Shown here piece by piece: positions 1 to 13,801 of a stretch of DNA of 64,000 nucleotides. The stretch is from Lama glama (Eukaryota). The notes below the pieces were generated by a model that made no database searches, had not been told where the DNA came from, and saw only the letters and a program-made list of their open reading frames with translations. The stretch spans positions 89,096,001 to 89,160,000 of the forward strand of contig CM052817.1 in NCBI GenBank assembly GCA_028534125.1, in the 5' to 3' direction. How positions within the stretch are numbered: position 1 is the first letter of the stretch; every line of letters starts with the position of its first letter. A program made the translations under genes and the position numbers.

Positions 1-1091
1 AAATTGAGATGATTCAAAATGAAAAAACAAAATCCTCTACTTTTCTAACTTTCTTTGATAAGGAAACATTGTGAAAGCTATTCAGCTGCAAACATGGCCA
101 TTACTGATGGAAAAGGAATGATCTCTCAGAGGGCAGAACCAACAGCCCAAATGACAGATCTAAGCTACATGGAGAAAATTGGAAAGGGAGTTTCACCAAA
201 GAACTGGAACTGGGCTCTAATCAATGAAAATTTTCTGTCCCTAGGATAGGGGGTCTGAAAAATGTGTGTCTGACTGAATTTTAAAATTTCTGTGATCCAG
301 TGTTCCTATGTGCTTTCTATTACTTCTGTTACTTTGAATAGAAATGTAAAAATCCATTGTTGTGTCCCTCTCCTAACTTTGCATGTGGAATGTCAAATAG
401 ATATCCTTTTGTTTTAATTCTGAAGTCCATGTATAAAGAGGAGAAATACTCAAGGATATCAAAAAGCTTCATCTGCATCTTGATGTAATTCAGATCCTGA
501 GACCGTGACATTTAGACTTAATGTCTGACTATTTGAGCTTTGAGATATCTTAGAAGAGGCTAAGTATATTTTTCATGAAGTAAGGTTGTGACTTATTAGA
601 GCCACATTCTATGGTATGTTGTCACATTAATATGTAGCAATGAATTATACCTCATGGTTATCCTGACCTTTGTGTAATCTCTTCTCATACTGAGTCTAAA
701 CTTCAGCTTATTTTGACCAATGGGACATTGAAACCTGTGACAGAGGTAGAGGCTTAATAACCTCATGCACCAACACTTGTCCTTTTGAAACTCAGTGACC
801 ATGTGAGTAATCCTAAACTAGCTGTGGAGAGGGCATGGAGAGGATATACTGATACTTCAGCTGACAGTTGCAGTCAAACCACACATGTAAATAAGGAAAT
901 CTGGGACCAGACAGCATTCAACCAACCTGCCGTCTGACTGCAAACATGTGATTAATGCTTCCTCACATTACCTGGAACACAGTCAGGCCATCTCTACTGA
1001 CCTCTGCCCAAATTCCCAACCCATAGAATTGTGGTAAAAAACAAGTTTGTGTTTTAGGCCACTAGGTGTGGGAGTATATATAAATGATACA
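1..1091 (+). mobile_element. MaLR (MLT1-type) remnant: 3' part of internal region followed by LTR (~608-1091)
   Basis: The LTR end 'tgttttaggccactaggtgtgggag...aatgataca' resembles the MLT1 3' terminus. Upstream sequence resembles the 3' part of MLT1-int. Recognised from memory of the consensus. Confidence 0.65.
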
Positions 1092-1420
1092 GCTAGTAAA
1101 GTGTCCTAGTGTAAAGTATTTGTCTACTCTCATGGTCACAGAAATGGAAATTATATGTATTTTGTTATAACATATTTTATGAAAATTTTAACATATTTAC
1201 TTCAAAGCAGAAAAAAAATAGTGAAATATGCATACCACCCATATATTATCAAGAAGATATTCCATGTATAATACTTACACAAGAGTAAAATGAATTATTA
1301 GAGAACATTTTCACAATGCATATCTAGTATATTGGTGTATATTGATGATCAATACATTAGAAATGCATGTGTATATTTCTTATCCTGAGAAATTTAAATA
1401 TTTTCACAAGGCAAAATAAG

Positions 1421-1440
1421 GCTAGCTAGCTAGCTAGCTA
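1421..1440. repeat. (GCTA)5 microsatellite, followed by degenerate ATCT repeats
   Basis: Directly visible: gctagctagctagctagcta. Confidence 0.9.
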
Positions 1441-2859
1441 TGTAATCTATCAATCTATTATCTATCTCCAAATGTACATTGCTATGCATTAATAGTGAAA
1501 AAAAAGACATTAAAAGTTTTTAAGTAACTTGAAAAACACTAAGAAATTTCAGATCTATTTTGCCTTATCATGGTGCTGTAACATTCAGTATGCTTTCAAT
1601 AAATATTATAGTTATTATTATTGTCAAGAATATTATTGTACTAGCAAAATCTCAACACACACTATAAACTATGTAAGTTGATTTTGTCTGTACTTAATTC
1701 CAATTCCATTCCAAATATGATTGACTCTTCTACTTGTTTTACTCATTCTTTGGCAATCAGGATGTGTCTGGTGACGATGCTTAAAAAATGTGAATATTTC
1801 TGTAAAACCACTCTGTGTATATAAAATGCATTGAAAATAATAACATCATAAAGGTGCTTTCATTATGATTAACTTACAACTCAGAAATGCTTTAAAGACA
1901 GATTTTTAGTGATAAATCTTGAAGCATGGCAAGCTTACAATACTGTTTTCTATGCTCATCAAATATGAGATGAGTAGATTATTATGATGGTAGTTTTGAA
2001 ATATATACACCTGGGTGAAGCACTATTATAATAGTCTATATCCACTCTGCATAATGCCAAGCATTTAGCATTCAGCGGAATGCCTTTTTTTTAAATTAAA
2101 ATAATGTTTTTCTAACTTCAAAATAAGTAAGGTTGTGATTAAACTTGTATTTCCTGATCTGTAAAGCACTTTCTACTTTTTTTAAAGGTCATTTATGTAC
2201 ATAATTATTTCACACATTTAATGCTATGGATGTAATCAAAAAAGACGACTTTTAATTGAAATGGAGGTAGGCAATGTTATGCTTCATATAAAGAGGTTAA
2301 AACATGACAAGGTAAAAATAAAAAATAATAACAGTTTTTTCTCCCACATTAACATTCACAAACTTTAAAAATACCAATCTTATTCTGTCATTTGATCATT
2401 GTCTGTTAGTGGAGGGCCCCCATACTTCACTGTATTAACTTTGTTTCTATTCAAATTATGCTAAATTATCACCTTATTGGTTATGAGTTATGCCAATTGT
2501 GGACACAGGATAAGAAGACAGTCTCAACAGTCTCAGAAAATAATAGGAGCAAAATATAGCTCATATCAGAAAAGCGTTATTGCTAAATGCAAAGAAAGGC
2601 TTAAATATTCATATAATGCGTGTCTGATTTGAAAATACTGATTTTGAGGCAAATTCATGAGGTAGGCCCTCATTTTTTTTAAAGTGATAGTCTAACCCAA
2701 ACTGCTCAGAAGCATTTGGATTAGTAGCAAAATTTGAAAAGTAGAAGAAAAAGAGAATATATGACCACTGTTGTATAGAAACTCTTTTCTTGGTGATCCT
2801 TAACAAATTCTTTCCACTAATTAATAGCTTGTATGTTTTCACATACAAGATAGTTTGCT

Positions 2860-3130
2860 TCACGCTGAGAGTTGGATGAATAAGACATACCGCCCATCTT
2901 CAAAGCTATTTCAGGCAAATTTCTTATAATGACAGTCCCGAATAATTAGGGCTCATGACAGTGATGTGAGTGGGTGCTATGTGTACATAGAAGAAGGGAT
3001 TCTCTCTCTGACGCGGACAACAGGTGGATGTTCTGAGAAGACAGTGCTTGGATTGAAGTTTTGGAAACATATTTGAATGGAAGTAAAGCAGCCCAGGCAA
3101 AGGTAGGGGTAGGACGTGTGAATACATGAA
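2860..3130 (-). mobile_element. Decayed LINE-2 fragment
   Basis: Purine-rich text typical of antisense L2 ('aataagacatac...', 'gcagcccaggcaaagg'); highly diverged. Confidence 0.4.
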
Positions 3131-3965
3131 GTTATCCAGTTAACTATGATAAGGGCTTCCTCTGTATGAAGCTAAAGGTGTTTAGGGAGATGAAACACAA
3201 TATTTTTATTGGTAATGTTACTCTTGCATGTCTTTTGCAGTTATGATTTCAATATGTATGATTAAATGTGTTGAGAGTAGAAAACACAGCATATTATTTT
3301 GTTCTCTGAGCACATAAAATGAATAAGCAATGATGACAAATGAAAGAAATTACATAAATTGATATGAGGAAAAGAGCAGAGGATTTGATAAGGGATGCAG
3401 GGATGAGTCTAAAGGATAAGTGGAAAATGGGTGTATCATGGGGGTCACACGCTGTTTGAAAGTTTGATTCTACTCTTGTTCAGGTAGGTAATCAGGGAGA
3501 TTTTAATGGCTTTAACACACTGCATGTGTTCTTAATCAAACCAACATCCAGATAAAAGCATTCATACTGCCTACTATTTTATTTTTAATAGTCCCTCACT
3601 TGTCACCCAAGGGATCTGTTTCCATTTAGCTGGTATTCATGATTATTTCCCATAACCAATAGGTTCTTTTCATAAAGTACGTTGCTGTATTTGAGGAGTT
3701 ACATATTTCCTACTTGGTATAAAAAAATATCTTGTCTGTCTTCTCTTCTTGATTGACTTAGGCACTTTACAGATGCTCAGGGAGTGACAAATTCAGTTAA
3801 GCATAATTACAGAAAGCTCCTTTGATAAATTTTTTCTATGTATATTCCATGTTCTATATGATAGAGGTAACATATCTGGTCTTATGTAAATATAATAGAT
3901 TAATAATATTTAGTAGTTTGATACAAGTTTATAAGGTTCAAAAGCAAGCAAAACTAAACAACAAG

Positions 3966-4009
3966 TATATATATGTATATATGTGTGTGTGTATATATAT
4001 ATATATATA
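3966..4009. repeat. (TA)n/(TG)n compound microsatellite
   Basis: Directly visible. Confidence 0.9.
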
Positions 4010-4214
4010 GTACACATTTTCAAAGACAAAGTGTTTGGTAAAATTCAGGATTATGATGACTTCTATTATGGAGGGAGGTGATCGTTTCAATATTGTTGAA
4101 CATACTCTTTTTCTAAAATTTGATGTTGAGTCATTTCACTTAGTTTTCATTTTATTGATGATTCAGAAACCATGTTTATGTAATATGCATTCTCCTGATT
4201 CTTTCAAAATAACA

Positions 4215-4750
4215 TCATTTTAAAGCACTGATTTCGGAGTCAAGAAAACTAACTTCTGATCTCAACTGAGCCATTAACCCATTCTGTGATATTTGCCATG
4301 GAACTGAATATTCTCTGGCTACAGTATCATCATATGTAAAGCAGGCATCTAATCTGTATATATTCTACTGTCTTTTCTGTATAAAAATTCTGTGACTTTT
4401 AATATATAATAGAAAAGCCATTGCATTAATAATGGGGTCCTGGAAAAATGGTGCAATGTTTCAAAATAAGGATTCTGAAGTCAGAGACAAGATTTAAACC
4501 ATGTTATCTTTTACCCTTGTGACAATGAACGAGTAACATAATTATGCAAAACCTCAGGTTCATCTATGACATTAATGAATAGTTAACATTTACTGAGACC
4601 TTAACAAATATTGTGTTAATCTATATATATTTTTCATTTAAATATAATCACAAGGCAATGAAATATATGCTGCTATAATCTTCATGAGAAAATAATAGCT
4701 TAGACTGTTAAGTTCCTATCAGGAGCATTCAAACTCAAATCTTTCTTTCT
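4215..4750. mobile_element. Decayed MIR SINE fragments
   Basis: MIR core-like text ('ggattctgaagtcagag...ccttgtgac...aacctcaggttcatctat'; 'aacatttactgagacc'). Confidence 0.5.
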
Positions 4751-5428
4751 CCAGAGATCTTAATTAACATAAAATTATTATTAATACAAAATTTATCCAA
4801 TGAATATAATTATTTTATTTTAATTAAATAATTGATATAATTAATTTTATAAACATTAAATTTAATTAATATAAAAATAATAAAATGGTTAGAAAAATGT
4901 GGGCACATATACTCAATAAATAGTTGAATATTGTATTTGCTAGTTATTCTTATTGTAATTGATATCAGGGAAGCTTTGTCCACAGTGCAACAGTACTGGT
5001 CTTCGTCATAGGAGTAGTCATAGCAATATGACACCATCTTGTATGTCTTAACCACTCACATAATATTGTGATTTTGGCCAAACAATCATATGCTGAGATA
5101 AATTTAAGAAACTCAAAAAAAGTGGGCAGAAAAGAGGACTACAAATTAAAGTTGTGGTGGATGTTTGTTGTTTTACCTTCCCAGAATAGTATTTCCCTAT
5201 TGTGGAGGTAAGATTGTTCCTGTATTTTGATGGGGTTTATCCTACTGACCCTTTGGTTTTGGCTCTGTGTGCCCATGACTGAAGTGGTACTATTCACTGT
5301 ACTCCATTACTGAGGCAGGACAGCATGGGATCCAAGCCTAGGCATGTTTTTAGAGCCACTGGATATTTGAATCAATCTGTATCATCACCACAGTATTCAT
5401 AAATTTCATTTCAGGAGATAGATGGGGA

Positions 5429-7665
5429 CAGGCATCCATTATTTTATTGTGCTTTGTTTTATTGCACTTCACAGATACTCTGTTTTTCACAAATTGAAGA
5501 TTTATGGCAACGCTGCATCAAACTAGTCTATTGACTCTCTTTCTCCAACAGCATTTGCTCACTTCATGTCTCTGTGTCACATTTTAGTAATTCTCCCAAT
5601 ATTTCAACCCTTTTCATTATTATAATGTTTGTTATGGTGAACTGTGATCAATGATCTTTGGCATCACTTTGTAATTATTTGGGGGCAAACCACACCTATA
5701 TAAGACAGTGAACTTAATCCATAAATGCTGTGTGTGTTTTGACTGCTTTACTGACTGACTCTTCCCCTGGTTTCTCTCCCTCTTCTCAGACTTCTGTATT
5801 CCCTAAGACATAACAATATTGAAATCGGGCTAATTAATAACCTTAATAATGGCCTCTAAGTGTTCAAGTAAAAGGAAGAGTTGCACAAATCTTGCTTTAA
5901 ATCAAAAGTTAGACATAATTGGGCTTAGTGAAGAAGGCATGTTGGAGACAGAGATAGTCCAAAGGCTAGGACTCTTGTGCCAAACAATTACCCAAGTTTG
6001 TGAATGAAACTGTAAAATTCTTGAAGGAAATTAAAAGTGCTACTCCAGTGAACACACAAATGGTAAGAAAGCTAAACAGCTTTTCTGTTGATGTGGAGAA
6101 AGTTTTAGTGGTCTAGACAGAAAATCAAACTAGCCACAGCTTTCCCATAAACCAAAGTCTAATCCAGAGCAAGACCCTAACTCTTTTCAATTCTGTAAAG
6201 GCTGAGAGAGGTGAGGAAGCTACAGAAGAAAAGCTTGAAGCTAGCAGAGGTTGGTATATGAGGTTTACGGAAGGAAGCCATCTTTATAATGTAAAAGTGC
6301 AAGGTGGATGGCAAGTGCTGATGGAGATACTGCAGCAAGTTGTCCAGAAGATCTAACTGAGATAATTAATGAAGGTGGCTACACTAAGAAATGGATTTTT
6401 AGTGCTGATAAAACAGCCCTCTATTGGAAGAAGATGCCAACTAGGACTTTTATAACTAGAGAGGAGCAGTCAATTTCTGGCTTCGAAGGACAGGCTGATT
6501 CTCTTGTTAGGGGCTAATGCAGCAAATGACTTTGAGTAGAAACCAATGTTCTCTTACCATTCCAAAAATCCTAGGACATTTAAGAATTATGCTAAATCTA
6601 CTTTGCCAGTGCTCTACCAATGGAACAAGGAGCCTGGGGGACAGCACATCTGTTTACAACATGGTTTACTGAATATTTTAAGCCCGCTGTTGAGACCTAC
6701 TGCTCAGGAAGAAAGATTCCTTTCAAAATATTACTGCTAGTTGACAGTGCACCTAGTCACCCAAGAGCCCTGATGGAAGTGTACAATGGGATTAATGTTG
6801 CTTTCACTGCTGCTAACACAATACCCATTTGCAGCCCATGAATCAAGGAGTCATTTCAATGTTTAATTCTTATTATTTGAGAAATACATTTCATAAGCCT
6901 ATATCTGCTATAGATAGTGCTTCCTCTGATGGATCTTGGTAAAGCTAATTGAAAAGCTTATGAAAAGTATGCACCATCCTAGATGCTGTTAAGGACATTT
7001 GTGATTCATGGGAAGAGGTCAAAATATCAACGTTAATAAGAGTTTGGAAGAAGCTGATTCCAACCCTCATGGATGACTTTGAGGAATTAAGGATTTAATG
7101 GAAGAAGTAACTGCAGCTGTGGTGAAAATAGCAAGAAAGCTAGAATTAGAAGTGGAGTCTAGAGATGTTACTAAATTGCTGCAATCTCATAATAAAATTT
7201 TAAAGGATGAGTTGCTTCTTATTGATAAACAAAGAAAATGTTTTTTGTAAGACATTCTACTGTGGGTAAAATGCTATCAAACAGAATTGCATGCTACAGA
7301 GAAACCATTTATGAAAGACAGAGTCTATCAATGTGGCAAATTCTATTATTATTTTAAGAAATTGCCACAGCCACCCCAGTCTTCAGTAACCACCCACACA
7401 AGGCAAGACCCTCCACCAGAAAAAAGATTGACTCGCTGAAGACTCAGCTTATGGTTAGCACTTTGTAGTGATAAAGTGTTTTAAATTTAGGTACATATAT
7501 ATTTTTTAGACACAATGCTTTTGCACACCTAAGAGACAATAGTGTAATGTAAATATAATTTTTATATGCACTGGGAAACCAAAAAGTTTGTGTGACTCAC
7601 GTTATTGCAATATTTGCTTTATTGTAGTCTGGAACTGAACCTGCAATTTCTCTGAGGTATGCCTC
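5429..7665 (+). mobile_element. Tigger1 DNA transposon (pogo/TcMar), near full length
   Basis: Starts 'caggcat..attttattgtgctttgttttattgcacttcacagata' and ends 'tctgaggtatgcct' followed by TA, matching Tigger1 terminal inverted repeats (TIRs). Contains transposase-derived peptides. Confidence 0.95.
5849..7260 (+). pseudogene. Tigger1 DDE transposase, disrupted by frameshifts and stops
   Basis: ATG GCC TCT AAG TGT at 5849. ORF 6308-6517 (EGGYTKKWIFSADKTALYWKKMP) and ORF 6620-6841 ([15 protein letters not shown]...[13 protein letters not shown]) carry pogo DDE motifs but are separated by a stop and frameshifts. Confidence 0.9.
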
Positions 7666-8169
7666 TATAAAAAAGATGATTTTTAGATGATAGATAGATA
7701 GTATTTAGGAATTTCTGGTTCTTTTAATGTATGTTAGTGTCTCTAAAATTGCCCACATAATTAAAAGACTGAATCAACAAATTGGGCTTTAAGAATATTT
7801 ATATTTAACTGAAAATTATGATGATAAGGATAAGTAGCAATCAAACAGACCACACTTCTCAGAAATATTATATAACTAACCCCCCACCACCAAGACCCAT
7901 GGATTTTATTTATAATCAGAATTTAAGGTACACATTACCAGCCTTAGAAATGTGAACTTAGAAAGTTGTTCGTGTTTACAAATGAAAATTGTAATGTGAG
8001 ATAACATTTACTGTCTCATATATGAAACACAAGAAATCTGTTGCTTTTCCAGTCTTAAATGATCTTATGGAATCACCTATGCATTGAAAGATTATAATAA
8101 AATATTCATTTGCTTGCTTTTATCCATCTGCATTCAAAAATAAAAACTAGCTTTAAATCAATAGCAATT

Positions 8170-8672
8170 AATGTCCATCAGCAGATGAATGGATAAAGAA
8201 GATGTGGTATATACAAACAATGAAATACTACTCAGCCATAAAGAGAATGGAATAATGCCACTTGCAGCAGCATGGATGGACCTAGATATTACCATACTAA
8301 GTGAAGTAAGTCAGACAGAAAAAGAGAAATATATGATATCACTTATATGTGGAATCTAAAAAAAAATGATACAAATGAACTTATTTACAAAACAGAAATA
8401 GACTTGCCACAAAAAACAAACTTATGGTTACCAAAGAGAAAAGGGGTAGGGGAGATGAATTTGGAATTTGGGATTACGCACGACTATATATAAAACAACA
8501 AGGACCTACTGTATAGTGTAGGGAATTATATTCAATATCTTGTAATAAACTATAATGGAAAATAATCTGAAAAAGATTATATATATATATATAAAACAAT
8601 CACTTTGCTGTACACTTGAAATGTTGTAAATAATCTATACTTCAACTTAAAAAATTAAAAAAAATAAATAAA
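8170..8672 (+). mobile_element. 5'-truncated L1 (cetartiodactyl-type): ORF2 end, 3'UTR and A-tail
   Basis: 'aatgtccatcagcagatgaatggataaagaagatgtgg...catggatggacctagat' (ORF2 C-terminus); ends 'ctatacttcaa' plus A-rich tail; homologous to the copies at 28.7k and 37.1k. Confidence 0.93.
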
Positions 8673-9682
8673 CTGGAAAAAATACTTTCTTTCCGAAGTC
8701 ATTTTGCAGCTAGTATCTATCTTCTGTTTAATCCAGTAGTGCTGTCTGGAAATTTGGGAAATTAAATATTTGTTTTCCACTAATAGATCCCAATCAGAAA
8801 CATGAAATATAAAACTTTGTTATTTGAAATACAAAAGTATTAATACGTTCAATAAAAATAAACAGGAAATTTTACCCTTCACCTGAGAGATAGGGTGGTG
8901 TGGTAAGGATGGTGGCACATGCCAGTATTCACTTTTTAATTGTATGAGCCTTTGCTCTAAGTGCCCACAATGAAGAGCACCCTTGACTCCTGCTAACTTT
9001 CCTTCAGCTATTGTTGGCTTATTATATTTCTTTATACATGGCTATTGGCAGAAACAGACATAACATTTTAACTTGCATTGAGTCAGCTTCAAGCATTTTA
9101 ATTGGTTTAAAACTGTTGGTAGCATCTTTTGCTGTATTAATTTATTGCTTTAGCTTCAGTCAACTGAAACCTTTGCCAGATGGTAGTGCAACCACTGCAT
9201 ACAGAACAGGAGATTGAAGGTATTTATATGATGCAAATGCCTCTTTTTCATTAAGTATTCATGAACTTTCTCTTAATGATTATATTGAAAAAGTACCACA
9301 AAGGTTGAGATTCATGCCTTGTGAAAATTAATAATCTAATTTTCCATGGTTACAGTTTTATTTAAATATGATGAAAGACATAGCTTTTGAGCCGATACTA
9401 ACAATTGTAAAGGAAGAGTGTCCTTTTGATGGTTTTGCTTTGTTCACATTCAGTGAAATTCAAAAGTGGCAGCCTTAAACATAAATGCCTGTCATAGCAT
9501 GGAATAAGAGAGCATAGTGTTTGCTTATGCTTTAACTTTAAAGGATTACATGTTTATTAATTTAATTATCAAAAACACACTATGCAGTAGTTATATGGTA
9601 GTCAGTGTTGCTCACAATAGCATTAGTTTCAGATTTTTTCAATAAAAAAGTTATTGTCAGGTAAAAACTGACACACTAAAAT

Positions 9683-9721
<39 letters not shown>
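9683..9721. repeat. (CA)n microsatellite
   Basis: Directly visible. Confidence 0.95.
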
Positions 9722-9723
<2 letters not shown>

Positions 9724-10914
9724 TAGCACCAAAATAACATTAAAGTTATTTTTAATTTCACTCAATCAAAATTGTGTCGCTTTTAGAGTCTATTGCTCAA
9801 GACTGCACATAAGCAACTTAAATGCAAATTGTATTGGTAGCGCTTAAGGGAAGCAGACTGTGCTTCTGAACACCTTACCTGCTGAAAACAAATCTACTCA
9901 TCATCAAAAAGGCAAAATATGTTTACAAAAATGATCTACATCCATATTTATAAGTTGTACCCAGATGGCCAGGGTCAGAATACTCGTGACCAAAATTCTA
10001 CCTAAATATTGCAAACATTTGTGCACCCATCAGTTTTTATTGTCTAAAAATATGTGTCTTTATGATATGGTCCATTAACTGTACATAGAGCAGTGCTGCT
10101 GGGATTTCTGCCCAGAGGCAGAAACTTATCTCAAGATATGTGCTCATAGGTAGTTGCACCTATAAGCTTCGCCTTGTCAGGAGGAAAAATAGGACAAAAT
10201 ACTTATAACACAAATTTATTTCCAGGAACCCAAAGAAACAAGTAAAGTTATACTTTATAATAATGAATCATTTTAAATTTAAAAAACAACAGCATGATAT
10301 TATATATAAATTACATTAAAATAAGAACACAGATTTATGGATAAAAATTTATATTACTGAGAAAAAGAGGAAGTGAGGGAGAGAGAGAGTGAAAGAAGGA
10401 GAAGTAGGGGTATATCTGAGAGAAGATGTTTTACAAAATTCATAAATTTTACAGGGTCATAATTTCAAACTAAACTTGATCTTTTAGCTAGAGAGTTCAC
10501 TTATCCTTAGTCAAGCATGACATGTTTTGAAGTAAAATGCCTGTCTGACTTAATACTCAAAAGATCTAGTCATTCTTCTTACTAATATTACTTGTATGTT
10601 TTCAAATCCCAAGTAATTTATAAAGCAAAGAAAAATACATCATATTATTCTATGCATTTTCCTTTTTTCTTCTGCTTCTGCTATCTGCCAACAATGACAT
10701 CCTAGAAGCCTCTGAAACTCTAAAGCATTTGAAAATAATTTATAAACTATAAAGCGTGTAAAATCTTTTCCTTCTAATACTCATTGTTTTCAAGCTTCCC
10801 AGTTTGTTTGCATTTTGTAAAATCCTGTTAGGCTACTATTTGACAAAAAATTACAACTCTGTAACTCACAACATCGAAGTTTCACAAAATCATTTTTGTT
10901 TATCTTGTAATCAG

Positions 10915-12300
10915 TTCATTGAGCTATGACTTTCATAAAATAAAGTGCATAGATTTAAAGTGTACAGAATAATGTGTATTGACAAATATATGCCTTTATT
11001 TAAGCACCACCCTAATCAAGATACATAAACTTTCAGTTATCCACAAAAGTTTCTTACACTATCTTTGAAGTCTATCTTTCTAATCCTGAAACCCACACAA
11101 CCACTGATTTGATATTTTTTAATCAAGTCTTCATTCTGTCTGGCCAGAACTTAATATTAACTAGAAAACATGCAGTGCATATTGTATTGGGTGTCAGACT
11201 TCTGTCACTCAACCAAATTATATTCTTTATTTACGCTTCTAGAAAAGTAGTAGTTTGCTCCTTTAAATTGTTAGATAGTATTCCATTGTATAAATATATC
11301 CATTTACCTGAAGATGGATAGTCTTTTGCCAATTTTTAGTGACTATGTTTAAAGATACTGTGAACATTTCTGTGCATGTATGTTATTCCTTTGTAGTGAA
11401 CACTTAGGAATGGAATTACTGGGTCATTTTTTAGGTGTATACTTAACTTTATAAGACAGCATAAAACTGCTTTCCAAATTTTTATAAATAATTTTATACT
11501 CTTACATCCTCTAAAATTGTTGGCATTATTTTCAATATTCCTGGTGAGGTGAAGTTGTATCTTATTGTGGTTTTAATTTTCATTTCCCTAGAGGCTAATC
11601 ATGTCAAGTATCTTTTCATGGGCCATTTATAAATTTTCTTTTTTGAAGTCTTTTTTTCCCCAAGTAATTCTATATATTTATCGGATTGTCATTTTATTGA
11701 TGATTTTCAAGATATATATATATATAAATTCTGGATATAGGATTTTATCAGACATTTATATGGCAACTATTGTACTTTTCTTTTTATTAATGATCTTTTG
11801 AAAAATAGTTTTTAGTTTTGATGAGGTCTGATGCATTATTTCTGTTTCTTTTATTGTTAGTGCTTTTTGTGTCCCCAGATATTACCTTATTTTTTCTGAA
11901 ATCTCTTTAGTATACATTTAGCTATATGATCAATCTGAAGTTAATTTTTTGAACGATATGAAATACTGGTCCATACTTTTTTTTTACATATGTTGGATAT
12001 TAGTCTACCTATCACCACTTGATGGAAAGTCTAATCTTTCCTTATTAAATTAGCTTAGCACATTTGTTTAAAAAAATTACCATGTATTAAGTTTATTCTG
12101 GATGCCCCTCTGTTCCATTAGTAGATTTGTCCGTGCTTTCACCATTAGTACACAGTAGCTTTGTAAGAAGTCTCGAAATTCAGTAGTAAAATTCTTCAAC
12201 TCTATTCTTTTTCAAAATTTTTTCAGCTATTATTTTCATGTATGTTTTAGAATCAATTTATCAACTACTTAGAAAAGAGAAACCTTGCTGAGAACGTTGA
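10915..12300 (-). mobile_element. Old L1 (L1ME/L1MD-like), 3' region
   Basis: Antisense L1 hallmarks: 'ggaatggaattactgggtca', 'cttattgtggttttaatttt catttccc', 'gtagctttgtaagaagtctcgaaat'. Confidence 0.8.
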
Positions 12301-13559
12301 CTGGGAGATGAAAGGCAACTAATCTGTTCCTGGCTCAGGCTAATTAAAGTTTAGAAGGGGCTCAATTGCGCATGCTCAGTCCATTAAAAAAAAAAATCAT
12401 CAAACAGATGTCACTACTCCCACTGTGCCTTTTCATTGAAACCTGCCAAAAACAAATTGTATTTCTGTAATTTCTCTAGGTCAGACTTCTCTTTAGCCTT
12501 TTCGGTTGCTCTGACCTCTTTGGTGCCTTCTAACTTTTCTCCCTCTTTGGATCTCATATATTTATCCTCATTTCATTTTTTCCCCTCATTTCTCATTTCA
12601 TTTTTTTTCTCATTTCATTTTTTGCCAAAAATGAATACCCATTTCTGGACTTACCTCCTGAGCCCCATTTTACAGTATGATCCAAATTCTTACCTTTTTA
12701 ATGCACCAAAATGAAGGAAAGAAATGTTCAATTCAGTTCTTAAACCCTGCTCTAGCTCCATATTTTCTATTCTGATTGATTGTTTAAAAATTGTATACTG
12801 GTAATTATAAAATCATTTTTGTTTCTGTGCCTATTCCGAAATATATATCCTTATTTCTTTTGGTAATTTGTTTGTACCCAAATATCTTAGTGGGGGCATA
12901 GTTGGAGTCTGGAGGGAATATGATATCTTACTGAAGTTTGTGTGTTTATTTTTGAAGCCTAGAGGAGTTGAAAGTTTTCTTTTTCACTTTCTGTTAGGTT
13001 CGCTCTTCATCTGCTCTAAGAGTCTCAGTGTAGTGTTTCATGTATAGCATCAAATATTCATAAACAAAAGTAACATGGTCTTCACAAAATCCTGACAGCA
13101 TCGGCAACTGAGATACACAGTAATTTCAATCACATTATTTTCTTTTTTCTTTTTGTTTTTCATCTATATCTTCTCAACTCTTCACAGAGAAAACCCTGTT
13201 ACCCAAACAGTTGCTCAAGGATTAGAGCTATAACACTGCAACCAATTCTCACCAATAATCTGTTTGAACTTCATGGCTCACTTTGTCTCTCTGATTAAGA
13301 AACAGATACAAAATATACAGCAAATACCATTACAGCAATCACTTCTAAACTCCCTCCTTATAAAACATACAGTTAGGATTAACTACACATTCTTTTTTAA
13401 GTGTGACATGGGGTCCCAGTCACTCAAGATCAGAGTCAATCATATTTTTAAGGTAGCCAGAACTAATCTAATTACTGTATATAATTCCACAGATGCTAAG
13501 CATTGGATGAATAGTGGTTCAGTAAGCACAAAGCTTTGGAGTTTGTTTCCCTGTATTGA

Positions 13560-13801
13560 GGGTAAATGCTCTCTCCGGATACCTTCAACTATGAAAATTC
13601 AAACTGAATATGAAGCCAATATCCACAGAGGGGCAACATGAGAACTGGAGGAAAATGAACCCAGATTCCAGATCAAATCATGCCTGTTTTCTGAACTACA
13701 CATAGCCCTTTCAGTTGAATGACCCATTAAATCCTCTTGATTATTTGAGATGATTTGCTTGGGTTTTCTGTTAGTTGCTACTGAAAGCAGTCTAATTGGC
13801 A
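13560..13801 (+). mobile_element. MLT1 (J/K-like) LTR fragment
   Basis: 3' end 'gggttttctgttagttgctactgaaagcagtctaattggca' matches old MLT1 termini. Confidence 0.55.

Noticed and set aside
10100..10170. Short inverted repeats (tttctgcc/ggcagaaa; ataggt/acctat) as structured RNA
   Set aside because: Stems of 6-8 bp are expected by chance and too short for a pre-miRNA.
12365..12385. NRF1-like motif tgcgcatgctc
   Set aside because: Single imperfect site with no CpG island or other promoter evidence.
13264..13641. 125-aa ORF
   Set aside because: Non-ATG (TTG) start, no recognisable homology or splice context, partly overlaps an LTR fragment.
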